64,000 nucleotides of DNA from Selaginella moellendorffii (taxonomy: Eukaryota; Plantae; Lycopodiophyta), in NCBI RefSeq assembly GCF_000143415.4, contig NW_003314303.1, forward strand, positions 164,557 through 228,556, read 5' to 3'. A model generated the notes under the pieces. That model saw only the letters and a list, made by a program, of their open reading frames with translations, was not told where the DNA came from and ran no database searches. A program made the position numbers and the translations under genes. Of the stretch, positions 11,367 through 23,299 are shown piece by piece. Within the stretch, counting starts at the first letter, position 1. Every line of letters begins with the position of its first letter.

Positions 11367-14300
11367 GATGAGTCTCAGCGAGTACTATTCAATAAGATTG
11401 GGCAACTAGTCTCGTTGCATACGTAGAGATGAAAACGATGATCCGAGTGGGTACACGTTTGGGTGCAAATACTTCGCAATTGTTCCTTAGGTATGGATTT
11501 GGTTACCTTTCTGTACTGTAATAATGTGAGCTTGCTCTTGGGCTCATAAAGAATGATTGAGTTGTTCCAGTAGCACGAGTTTTCGCTTGGGCTTGTGAGT
11601 GAGGCACATTAGCAACTCGAGGTTACCCATTGAGTTGGCAGGATTAATGTTAGCCTATCGGTGGTTCCATGAGTTGTTCCATGTACCATAGGTAAAAAGT
11701 GAACCTTCCCTGGGTTTTCTATGAATGGCAAATAGGCTGGTCCATAGTTGTTTAGCGTGGCACTAGTGGATCCTTCCTAGGCATGATTATAAGTGGATCA
11801 ATCAAGACTGTAGGGATTAGTCTATTGGTTCAAGTAGTCATTACTATGTTCTCTCATAAACTTTTCTTAGATTAAACTGAAGGCAGTGCAAACGCAAACT
11901 TGAGGTTTAGTCAAAGTTAAGACCAAAAAGAGAGTTGTCAGGGACGAAAGATCAAACACGTAAATCATTTTCTTTTTCTTGGAGAGATGATTTGCAATGA
12001 GGTGTGACTCATTGCTCGTATTCACATTATACAATCAAGAGTCCCTACCTTGATGCATGTTGGTTATGATGGTCTTACAAGTGGTGAGTTATGGGATGGA
12101 TAGCAGTGAAGCGCTAAACCATTTTGTCTAAGCTTGCTATTGAAGACTTAGGTTGCAATGCTCAATTCTTTTCTAAGGAATCTTGCTATTGCTCCTTGAG
12201 TAGTTGGTGTTGGATTAGTTTTGAGATTGGTTAGATAGAGAGTGGCATGAGCTTGTCTGTGTTGTGAACAAAAGTTAGTGGTGTTGGTGTTGTAAATCTC
12301 TATTGGTGGAGTGTGGCATTTATGTTGCATTTTGTCAAATTGAGTTGGCACTTGATACTCACATAAACATTTGTAGTAGTGACATGGGCATTGCTCGTGG
12401 TGTTGCTTGATTGATGATCAAGACATTGTGATTTTCATATCATATTCATGTGATAATGAGTAATGTGTTTACGAAGTTGCTTGGTTAAATGATGATCAAC
12501 CCCAAAGTGGTTGATAGTGAAGCTAGTCTACTTGCATGAAGTAGCATTGAGGTAGCTTTAATTGGATTTTCGGTGATGGTCCATTATACTAATCTTATGT
12601 TGGTACCTTGTTTCCTTGAGTTTGCCCATTAGGTGTTAGAAAAAGGTTATAGCATTCACTTGCTATGACTTGTCGGTTTATCTGTTAACACTTGGAGTAG
12701 ATTGTTGGATGGAGAAAATGTGTAGTTGGGGCATTGATATCACTAGCACTTGTGTTAGTGGAAGTGGCATTGTTATTTCAAGTGATGAGGAATTTTCCTT
12801 AGACCTTGATTTTCCATGTCATTTTTCTTATTAGTGTTTTGGCTTCACATTAAATCTTGAAAGTGATTGAAGAAGAGTGTTAGTACAATGTGGATATCCG
12901 AAAATGTGGTTTTCGTGATCAAGCCTTGGATGTTTATTTTGCACTTTGCGAATATCGGTGCTAGATATCGGTTAGATGGGCAAAAATGTTTGATGCTTAA
13001 GTATATTGTTGGATCATAAGAATTTGTGTTAAGGTGAACCTATGTGAAGTTGTTTGTAAGAGGAAGTTGGTTGAGTTTTGAAAGTTTGCAATCCTGGACT
13101 GAGAGTCATTCTTTCTCTAGGATGGAAATTTTCCACAAATTTTCTTAGACTTCTCCAATGGCTGATCTGTTGGTCACTTTGCCGAAAACCATTTCGTTTT
13201 TGTAAGCCAGTACAAACTAGTGAAGGGGTTGGAATTGACTTCAGTTAGCTTAGACTTTGGTAGGTAGTTTGTATGATGCAACCCAAAAGGGATGCTGACT
13301 TTTGGGGCTAAGGCAATTGAGTTGGATAGAGTATAGAATTGGTATAGAAAAGTAGCTGTTGCGCTTTTCTAAGAAGGGTGACCCTTGTGCCTTTCTTTTG
13401 TAGCATTATGTTCGATGGCAAGTTGCACCTTGCATTTTGTTAAGACTCTATGAGAGTAGTGAGCTCTCACTGATCTTGACTTGGTCTTGGTGGCTTTGCG
13501 CCTTGGCTAAGGATAGTGATGTCCAACTTAGTTGTTTGAGGTTGAGATGTTGGTACCCGTACTATAACTTTGTCTATGAAAAGGTTGTGTACCGATATGA
13601 GTTCATCTTATGGTCTTCACTTTAGTTTCGACTGAGTGTTGATCATATAGCTAGCCTCTTCAAGGCATGCTCAGAGCTATTGGCTAGACGCATTAGTGAG
13701 CTTATTGCGGTTGAGTTGGATTCGAGCGATCATTGAGTTTGTGCTTGTCTATGAACTTTTATCTCGTACTTGGGGTATCACGTTCATGTTGAACAAGTAT
13801 ATAACTTGATGATAAGAGTTGGTGTTTGGGTGTTGTGAAGGCAAGTTGAAGAGTGATTGTTAGTTGCTTTGATTACTTATAGACTTCATCAAGGACTGTT
13901 GACACTTGCTTTGCTTGATGATGATTTAGCAGTGATGGGCTTGCTTACCGGATGGTGTTGCGGAGGATCGTGTCATTAGACTTACATGGTTTCTCCATAT
14001 TGGTATATCGATTCCACCTTTGTTGATATCATTTGGTTGCGTTTAGTTTGTGGTGTAGGATTTCATTGAGTCTTGGACGTGGCGAATCACTTCTTGATGA
14101 AGTGTTATCTGTAACTGAGTTTTGCTGAAGGATTAGTCTCGGATACTGACTAAAGTATCTTCGACTTTGGTTAGCTTGGTTGCTAAAAAGTTTTGGGTGG
14201 TGATTCACTCTTGCTTTCTTCTAGTTTTGTTATGGTGTTGATGGCATTGAAGTGATGCTTTATCATTGATATTGTTGATATTGAGACTAGAGTGAAATGA

Positions 14301-16286
14301 GATATCCTTCAAAGGATTAATATTGAGTTTCATTAGTCTTGTTGAAAATAGTGTTGATGATTTGGCTTTAGCTTTGCGTTGTTGGCATTCATTTGCTAGT
14401 TAGCAACTATATTAACGTTCTAACGAGCTAAGTGGCAAGTTTGAGTTAGATGTGTTTTAGACAAAATTGTTTAGTAGGGGTTGAGTTTTGAGCTTTTCCT
14501 TGAAAAGTGATTTAGTGACGAACTATACTAGCTTTACGAGAGGAAGAGTTAGCGATTGATATTAAAGTGATTGAATCCTTATTGGATTTCAGTTGGGATA
14601 TGTCGATCGTTGATGATTCTTCTTGTGCTTGTTATGAAGTGAGTTACGTCTTGCTATAAATAGATTCATGGAGGATAGTTTAGTGATCACTTGTTAGGCA
14701 TAGCTCCATTATGCTTAACTTTTGGATTTATGCAGAAATGCTCTTCATTAGCTTTGGCATTATGAAATTTAGCTTATGGATGTGTTGAGGAAGACATTGT
14801 AAGTTGCACCATGATTTCTTCTTTAGCATTGAAGTTAACTTTTATGAGACTCGTGATCATTATTAGGCAAGACTTGGTTATAAGCTTTTTCAAGCTTATG
14901 GTTCCTTGAGTTTTGTGCTCATTGTTCCATTTGTTAGAAGTTGTTGGGGAAGGCATTTTGGCTCCTAGCTTCGATGTTGAAGTTGGCTTTTGCATCTAGC
15001 AATCATTGATGATGATTGACTGTCATCTAGGATAGTTGATTATCCTTGTCAAAGGTTTTGCTTGATTATCGTTGATCTAGAATGATTTGCTATTCTTTAG
15101 GATGGTGGATTCCTTCTTAGATGATGATTCTGCATATATCTTTTTGATGGGATGATTGATGATCTTTCATGATGGTTAGTTGTTTTCTTTGATAGATAAT
15201 GGCTTTTCGCAATACCACATGTTCTTTGTGGTTTGCTTTGGATTGGTCTCTTGGGTTTGAGACATCAGTGGGATGTTGCCGATGCTTGCTTAAGCAACTT
15301 TGGTTCCTTGGTATTATTGACCGGGATCTATTCAGATTGGCTAGTGCAATAGTTAGCATGAATAAGTGTTTGTTAGTCTTACCGCATTCATTATGTTCTG
15401 TTGATTGTTGCTCGGGTTAGTTTTAATAGGTTAGGATGTTGTTTCCTTTGGGTGATACACTCGTGAGCATTATGCTTGTCAGTCGATGATACTTTGTGTT
15501 CTTTAAGTTATCTTTAGTAAATTGTTTGGCATACTCTCTACTATCTTTGGTAGTTAAGTTTCATCATTAAGTTTCTTTGATGATATACTTGCTATTGAAT
15601 TTTGTTGGATGGTGATTCCTATGTTTTCCACTTATGATGATCTTGGTGGTTCCTATCCTATACTACTGGATTATCGGATGATAACTTAATTGGAATCCTT
15701 TTGTATTCACTGATAATTAAGTCTTTTAGATATCATTGTCTATGACTTTGATATTGTCCATCTATTGATCTTTGAGTTGGGCCAGTATAGGCAGACTGGC
15801 TTTGGCACTTCCTGTGCATGTTGAAATCTTTAGTCATGGGGTAGCTACTGTAGACTAATCACATCACCCTCCTCTTTGTCGATATTCCTTATTTCATTGA
15901 AAGGGTGTGACCATGTAAACAACTCTAACTGCCTGTTTACAGTAGTCTATCTAAACCTTACCGACAGGTTTGGTTTTTTTTCTCATGAGGGTTGGGGCCT
16001 CTGGCTTCTCTCTCTATATCCTTGCGGGCAAGGGCGTATCACACTTTTGTAGCTGGGTGACACCTAGAGCAGCAAGGATGGCTGACTCCATTGGTCTTTT
16101 CCTTGTCAGCAACAGCCGGAAGGTGTCTGAGCTGGTAGCGCATCCCCATTCGACAAAGAGGTTACTTTAACTCATTTAAGTTGGTGCATTTCTCACATAG
16201 TGTGAGTACCATGAACTTTTTCGAGAGTTGTTTCCTTGGCGGTATTCTAGACTCGAGTATGCATTGACGAGGACGTTGATCTTCCC

Positions 16287-17434
16287 TGTCACAAATGTGA
16301 CTTCGGGTATCGAAAGTTACCTGTCGACCAGTCCTTACAGACACTCTTACCTTACTGCCACGATGGCAGGAGGTCGGTATTGCTGTACCCTTTATCAGTC
16401 CCTCTTGTGCTAGTGGAGTTAATTGGGCATTTTGAGTGTACTTAGATTGGACAAGCATAAGGATGGAATTCCTATGTGTTATTAGCTAAGCATACTTAGC
16501 CCGGTAAGGAGTTCCTGTTTCATTATGTCTTGCACTGGCTAGTGACAAAAACCCTCTTGTATTGAGATTAGTCCTTCAATATCGCTGGATGATAGCTTAC
16601 CGTGTCTGCCAAACACCCTTGCTATCATGCCCTTTGTCTTAGTCTCATTTCGGTCCCAAATGCTAATTATGGAAAGTGTCTAGATTTGCTCATTTGGCAT
16701 ATCTACAGAATGTAGAGATTGTCCTAAACACAATGGTGTTTGTCCTGTGTCTAAATTCGCAATTTAGTGCTATTCTATATTTAATAAGTTTCAAGCTTGT
16801 CCCAGAGACTAACTCCTGATACTAAGGGAGGCTTGGGGTGAAAGCCCAAAGTGTGTGTTCCTCAAGGGGGGGGGTGGGGGGCTGTGGGGGGTTCCAAATG
16901 TATAGTAGGGATAGTGGGTACGTCGGGCATGGCCAACCAACCTGAGGCATAGTTTAGCTCCCGCTTGCGTGCCTGTCTTTGTTCTGCGTCCAGCTTGGGT
17001 CCAAGCCCAAGTTCCATTCCATGCTAGCTGGTGGAGTACCCATATCCTCATGTTAGGCCACCGGTATGCTGAAATAGCGCCAGACTCCATTTGGCTCCAT
17101 TTTGCGTGTTAGTCCTGGCATTGGGATGCTAGTTACTCTAGGACTGTTCCAAGTCGCTCCGGGCTTCTGTCCCTTTGCTCCTTGGGCTGTATGCTCAGGA
17201 GTTGCTCCGTGGTTCGGTTCCGTCACTCCTTAGCTCCATGCTTGGGAGTTTGGCACCAATCCTTCATTCAGTGGCCCAAGGCCCTGAAACTCAGGTTCCA
17301 CACCACTGTCCTATGGACACGTGGCATGTGACACATGGCATATGACACGTGGCACATAGGTTTAGGTTCCGCTCCATGGTGTTATCCTATGGTAAATCAC
17401 CATAGGATAAAGGGTAAAAACCACGTGCGCTACA
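16287..17434 (+). repeat. 3' LTR of element B
   Basis: TGTCACAAATGTGAC...GTGCGCTACA, followed by TSD CATAT. Confidence 0.9.
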
Positions 17435-17499
17435 CATATATTCTTTTCTACACATACCAAATGTCTAGGGAAATAGACTACAAGGAAATATAAACCATA

Positions 17500-20400
17500 T
17501 TCCTCTGACTTGCCAATCTCGCTTGGCAAGTCCTTCGACCACTGTAACATGGTTCCTGCATAAGCGTGAAAGTCCTTGACCATCGACTTTCGTTCAAAGC
17601 CCTCTCTTTGAACACTCGGGAACTACTTCCCTAACCTTGATAGCCTTGCTTCATGGCAAGCTTCAAGACCACACTTCTGTTGTGCCATTCTAGTTTCGTA
17701 CGTTCCATGAACCATTTACACTTGGCCTTTTTAAGTATTAAGCTACCTAAAATCGTCTTTGGGAACCTTGAAGGAACTCTGTTCCTTAGCTTGCTAAAGC
17801 CTCCCTTTTCGCAAGCTTTCTAGTTGCCATATAGTCTAGTATGGACAATTCCATATTTTACACTTTCCATGGCATCACGGTTGCTAGCAATAACACCCTC
17901 GAGCCCCCACTTGATTCTCCACTCCCAGCTGGCATAACCAGCCTTGGTCATACCCTTCGATTCCTATGGTTCGGTTCTATCCCTTTACTACTTGCTTTTT
18001 GGCTTCACATGTTTCCTTCGGTCATTCTCCTCCAGACTAGGAGGATAGCTTTACACTTTCTATCATGCCTTAGCAAGTATTCTTAAGGATGAACCTACCT
18101 GATAGCCTAGGGAGTAGTTCCTCAATCCAGGTATGCTCACCTTATAATCCCACACACTGGGATTAACGTTGCTGCTCATGGGCCTTCACTAGCCTTGCCA
18201 AAATTCCATTTTTGGCTTTGTCCAATTCAGGTAAACAGTCTTCTCCTGTCTCTACAACCTTAGACATTTGGATAGAACCTTTTATCCATCATTCGCTAGG
18301 GACTTAGTCCCTTGGGCCTTATCTATTGCCCTCACGACATCAAACACCACCTCCTGGTGTTCTAGAGTGTTTGGGTGTTCTAAATGATGGCCTCTTTGAC
18401 AATGAGCATTTCCTTTTATAACATTGACTTATTATATCGCAACATAAGCAATTTATCCCTTATAAGAGTATATTTAACTTCCTTATGCCATTAAGAAGTC
18501 TTGGGTAGCTACCTTCTACCAGTTTAACCAATTATCTTGCACCTTTTGCTTAGTTGCCTAATAGTTGTCAAGTCTTACAACTCATTACTGGTGCTTCCAC
18601 ACCTCCATCATTGTTTTGGTCACCACACTCTATCACATGCCTTCCAGCTTAGGCTATGCCATTCCCATTTCTGTTGGGATTCCCTTAGCAAGGGGTTCTT
18701 ATGAACCCACCAAAATAACCTCAAGGTATCACACCTTGGCACATTTTGTGTCTCCACACCATCGGCCCCACGAGCCTACCCTTATGACACTACTTATTAA
18801 TGTCTAGGTCTTTGCCAAAATTAATATAGTTGTTTCTTATGCTAACTATCTGTTAGCATCGCACTATAGTGTTTGCCCCTAACTTTGGGCCAAAGTTGCT
18901 TTCTTCTGGGAACATCTTTCCCACGACTTTAGTATGGCACATTCTGCCATCAATGAGATATTTCTTGTTCTCATACTTGGATCTTATGATCCTCCCTATA
19001 CCTTATGGGATACCATACACCTTAGTCCAAATGTTTCAACCAATCCCTTAAGACCATTCCTTGACCCCACTTGAGTCATCCAGCATTTTAGACTTTGCTA
19101 ATCCAACAACCTACGAGGTCTTAGTCTTCGAGGTGCCAACTTGCTGGAATAAAACTTCTTGTATTCATGTCTTACTCACAAGGACTATCTTTGCAAATGT
19201 TACTTCGACACTTGATTTGTTTTCTTGGGGCAACCTTTTGCCCTTTAGGACCACTTGTCCATGTGATGAGAATACTAACTCATCCTCTAAGTACACCCCC
19301 AACTCCTTGGGTTGTTCCAGCATTTATTAGAGGTAGTCTCAGCTACCATTTCAAGGACTTGTGTCCTCTTCTGTATTTGACCTCCCATGGTCATCAATTC
19401 CGGTCTCAAAGTCATGAGCACTAGCCACAACTATATGAGGGTAATCTTGTGACTCCTTTATTGTTTTGGAGTCTGCATCTTTCCTGTGATCCCAATTATA
19501 GTTGTTTACCACAACTACATTAGCCCATTTGCTACGTTAAACACTCATCTGGATTACATCCTCAGCTCTCTAAGGAAACCCTTATACTGTTCCCAATATC
19601 CCAAAGTCATTCCCTTACTGGCCCTCTTCCATCCACCACATCGTGCACAAGTTCATGCATGAACTTGAGTGGAGAGCCATGTCCTCTCAACATGCTACTC
19701 CTCGAGGATAGGTCCATATCTGGGACCTTCTAATTCCAATACAAGTGGTGATATGCTTGGCCACCAATAAGAGTTGGACTAAGGAACAGCTCTGATACGA
19801 GGTTGTAAGAGATTAATTTTTTCCATTCTACTTTAGTCACTTAACCACACCTCCAACCACTTGTAGGAGTCTCACTCACAACCTCCATAAGTCCTATTTT
19901 GGACTTGGGCTTACTAGCCCCGAGAATGGCATCCCCGCCACTCAACCTTTGCACTTGGTCCAAGTGCTCCATGTGTCCGATCCCATGACCAACACCCCAA
20001 GGTAACATCGACATATCAGTCTGTTATGCTAAGGCCATGCCCCATCACCTTGGTCACATCAGTGGTCTAACACCACCTACATCACAATCCCGTCTCTCAA
20101 GGACTAGGTCATCCGTCCATGAGTAATCATTCTAGATCTACTCCTTAGCATCCTTAGGATGCCCACAGACATGAGGACTAATATCCCTTTTCCAGTCCTC
20201 ACCAAGTTCCTTTCTATCCATGGCCGTGTTCACCAACACTGCCACTGGATCAAGGCCCACAAGCCCGACCATTAAGTCCCAGGGTGTTTGGGGATTTCCT
20301 CCTCACAGGACCATATCCTTGGTCCCTATGCTAGAGGAGGGCTCCTTTTCCTTTTCATAGTCGGAGATTTTGGGGCAACATTTGGAAACACCATGGCCTT

Positions 20401-21363
20401 ACGCAAACCTTGGGGGTACTTTCCTCCCCTTCCCCCTTGGGGTGCTCTATCCATGGGCCTAGAGGGAGGTTCCGTTGACCCATCCCAGGTTTCCAAGTAG
20501 GTAGTCCCCCCCCCCCTTGGACTAGGAGTTTGGCCCTTTCGTTCTCCCGAGGGAACTAGAGCTGGTTTTTGAACATTTCACCAAGTTACCCCGCTTGTGG
20601 GTCCATATTCACTTTAGTCTTGGACTTCCCAGTGGTCAGTTCATCACCCAATACTAGGTATGGCCTTCCTAGGCCAAATTGGCCTTTCCTGGCCAAACTG
20701 GCTCCACTGGGCTCCACCCCCACACTCTCCCTACTATACTTTTGGAACCCCCCCCCCCCCCCCCCCGGGGGACGATCGCTTTGGGCTTTCACCCAACAGT
20801 CTGTATTAGTATTTGGACTTGGACTCGAACTCAGTCTCGATCTTGGTCCCGGTTTCAGACTCGGACTCGGTCTCGGTCTCGGTCTCAGTCTTGGTTCCAT
20901 CTCGGACTCCATCTCGAGTCCATCTCGGACTCCATCTTGGATTCCATTTTGGACTCCATCTCGGACTCCATCTCGGGTCCATCTCGGACTCCATCTCGAA
21001 CTCCATCTCGGACTCCATCTTGGGTCCATCTCGAACTCCATCTCAGACTCCATCTCGGGTCCATCTTGGATTCCATCTCAGACTCCATCTCAGACTCCAC
21101 TTCGGGTCCATCTCGGACTCCACTCGGGTCCATCTCGGACTCCAACTCGGACTCCACTTCGGGTCCCTTTTTGGAGCCTTGCTTATTGGTTGCCTCGTGC
21201 TCGCTCCTCGAGCACATTGTTGAGAGTTCCACTCCCGCTCTCGACCTTCCAAGTCAAAGCTTTTAGTCCAAACGTGTTACACTCGTTTGGCTTTTGCTTC
21301 GGCCACTACCACATGGTACCCTTTCCGGCTCTACTTTGGGGCCTAGGGATTTTGTGTCTCATA
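17500..21363 (-). mobile_element. 5' half of decayed LTR retrotransposon A: 5' LTR, PBS and degenerate gag-pol remnant
   Basis: LTR 19804-21363 on the minus strand; PBS TCGTATCAGAGC at 19789-19800 (one mismatch to the iMet consensus); flanking GTTGG at 21364-21368 is the reverse complement of TSD CCAAC. The left boundary is approximate. Confidence 0.78.
19804..21363 (-). repeat. 5' LTR of element A (~1.56 kb, with minisatellite at ~20813-21165)
   Basis: Inverted copy of 7326-8668. Confidence 0.88.
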
Positions 21364-21823
21364 GTTGGGTATGATGTTAGTGGAACTGTCGTACCTAGGC
21401 AAAACACATGCTGCATGTTTGCTATCATGAAACCCATCATATGTGTTTTTGCAGAAGGCATGATAGGTCCACAGGAAAATAAAAATGTTTAGAAATTAGA
21501 TAAAAATATAAAATACATACTCACCTTTTCAAGCTTCCCTTGGACACCCCTCGTATCAACACCAATAGGATCCATGATGCACCCGGAAGAGAATGACTTA
21601 AAATGAATTTTTGCTGCACACGTCATAAGCTCATACATCCAGTTGGGGTCGTTTGGTAGGATGAAGACGACATGGCCAGCTTCGAGCATAAGTGCTTCGG
21701 ACAAGAGGAATGCATCGCGTATGTGATCAGGTGTGAGAAATTTTCAGTCCTAAATTTTTCCCATCGATATCTGAAAGACCATCTAGAAAGTCAAAGAGAA
21801 TGAAGTCCGCAACTGAGAGCAAT

Positions 21824-22210
21824 TGTCAGGAATCCCCCAATTCTTGCTACATTCCTGACTCTCGCCGGATTCCTGACCTGCAGACCACATTCCTGACTCT
21901 CGAGACACTTCTCTATTCCTGACTCTCGAGACACTTCCCTATTCCTGACTCTCGAGACACTTCCCGATTCCTGAGTCTCGAGCCACATTCCTGATGATGA
22001 TGTGGCGCCTCCTCAACCTCAGCTGTATTTAGGCTGTCCTCGATCCAAGAGTGGTGGAGCTTCATCAACCTATAGTATATATAGGTTAGCCTTGTTCCAT
22101 TTCTCCACAATCTGAATCAACACCAGTCTAAGGCCTCTTCTTTGTTTTCACTAGCTTTTTCTCTTTGTCTTTAGCATTTTCCAGTCTTGATCTTGTTGGG
22201 GGTCTTGACA
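21824..22210 (+). repeat. 5' LTR of element C (with ~29-bp internal tandem repeats ATTCCTGACTCTCGAGACACTTC)
   Basis: TGTCAGG...CTTGACA; TATA-like TATATATAGG at ~22076. Confidence 0.95.
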
Positions 22211-22212
22211 GT

Positions 22213-22227
22213 TTGATTCAGATTGTG
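22213..22227 (+). promoter_or_regulatory. Self-priming PBS, complementary to LTR positions 22106-22120
   Basis: TTGATTCAGATTGTG is the exact reverse complement of CACAATCTGAATCAA; there is no TGG tRNA-type PBS. Confidence 0.8.
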
Positions 22228-22307
22228 TTTTTTGCTTTTCTTTTAGCTTGTTTTGATTATTTGATTGCCTTTGTCTTTTCCCCCCTTTCTTTTCTTTCTT
22301 CTTGCCA

Positions 22308-23279
22308 ATGGAGTCTCCAAGCCATCCTGATTTCTTTGCCGAAGTCCTTGCAAAAATCCAGTCTGAGAATACCGAGCTGAAGGCGACCCTTCTTCGCATG
22401 CAGCAGGAGCTTGCTTCACTTTCGGCTCAAGGATCCAGCAAAGTTCCTGAACCGAAGGTGAGTTTCCCGGCGAAATTTTCAGGCAAGCGTTCGGAGCTTC
22501 GTGGATTTTTGAATCAAATGGAGCTAATCTTTGCACTTCAACATCGGCGGTACCCCACTCCCGAGTCTCAAATCGGCGCGATTGGGACGTTGCTCGAGGG
22601 TGCAGCTTTGTCATGGTTTTCTCCTCTTCTGGAGAAGAGCATGAAAGGGGTCGTGGTTCCGGAGCTGATGGATCTTCAATTGTTCAAAGAGAAGCTCGAA
22701 GCATGTTTTGGCGAGACGGATCGGGTTCGGGCTGCTACCACAAAGATGAGACGTCTCTCTCAAGGGTCTCGTCCTGCCTCGATCTACGCTGCAGAGTTCC
22801 AACTCCTTGCCTTGGACACTCAGTGGGATGAGCGAGCCCTGATTGACCAATTTCGTTTCGGCCTCAACAACGGTGTCAAGGATTTGTTGCTCACCATGGA
22901 GGATCCCAAGGACCTGTCGGACGCCATCAACAAAGCTGTTCAATGTGACAATCGTCTCTTTGAACGTTGTCAGGAAAGTCACCGTGCCGCTGTTTTTCCG
23001 TCCCAGACTCAGGAATCCCAGCTTGAGTCTTCGGGGCATAGTCCTGAACCTACTGCTCCGGTCCCGATGGATATTTCTGGTACTCCCCGACTCATTAGAG
23101 GGAAGTTGAGTCCTGCTGAGAGGCAACGTCGAATATCTCATAATCTTTGCCTCTACTGTGCTGATCCTAATCACAAAGCAGCTGTGTGTCCCAGGAAGCC
23201 TCCCCGATTGCTCGAGTTCACTCTGCCTCAAAATCCACCACTGTTGCAGTCGGGAAACGACCCTGTCCAAACAGAGTAG
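22308..23279 (+). CDS. gag: Retrotransposon Gag (capsid domain plus CCHC knuckle)
   Basis: PAKFSGKRSELRGFL, LSQGSRPASIYAAEF, VPMDIS and CLYCADPNHKAAVC motifs. Confidence 0.93.
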   Translation: MESPSHPDFFAEVLAKIQSENTELKATLLRMQQELASLSAQGSSKVPEPKVSFPAKFSGKRSELRGFLNQMELIFALQHRRYPTPESQIGAIGTLLEGAALSWFSPLLEKSMKGVVVPELMDLQLFKEKLEACFGETDRVRAATTKMRRLSQGSRPASIYAAEFQLLALDTQWDERALIDQFRFGLNNGVKDLLLTMEDPKDLSDAINKAVQCDNRLFERCQESHRAAVFPSQTQESQLESSGHSPEPTAPVPMDISGTPRLIRGKLSPAERQRRISHNLCLYCADPNHKAAVCPRKPPRLLEFTLPQNPPLLQSGNDPVQTE

Positions 23280-23299
23280 GAGCTGTCTGTTTGGACTCC
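23252..23299 (+). promoter_or_regulatory. -1 programmed ribosomal frameshift signal
   Basis: Slippery G_GGA_AAC at 23252-23258 in the gag frame, a 6-nt spacer, then an 11-bp stem GTCCAAACAGA/TCTGTTTGGAC; pol lies in the -1 frame. Confidence 0.85.

Larger units (their letters stand above)
10224..17434 (+). mobile_element. Complete but internally decayed LTR retrotransposon B (tentatively Ty3/gypsy)
   Basis: TSD CATAT at 10219-10223 and 17435-17439; LTRs 10224-11353 and 16287-17434 (TG...CA); tRNA-iMet PBS TGGTATCAGAG at 11356-11366. No long ORF, only faint RT-like (RYEF, ~13595) and GPY/F-like (VGPV...LALP, ~15780) remnants. Confidence 0.88.

Noticed and set aside
13860-14450. Copia-like reading of element B (WYIDS, LWH-like strings)
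   Set aside because: Matches are too weak; an RT-like remnant upstream and a GPY/F-like remnant near the 3' LTR fit gypsy order better. The superfamily remains tentative.
21850-21995. Regularly spaced ~29-bp repeats resembling a CRISPR array
   Set aside because: Tandem units without unique spacers, inside both LTRs of a retrotransposon; eukaryotic context and no cas genes.
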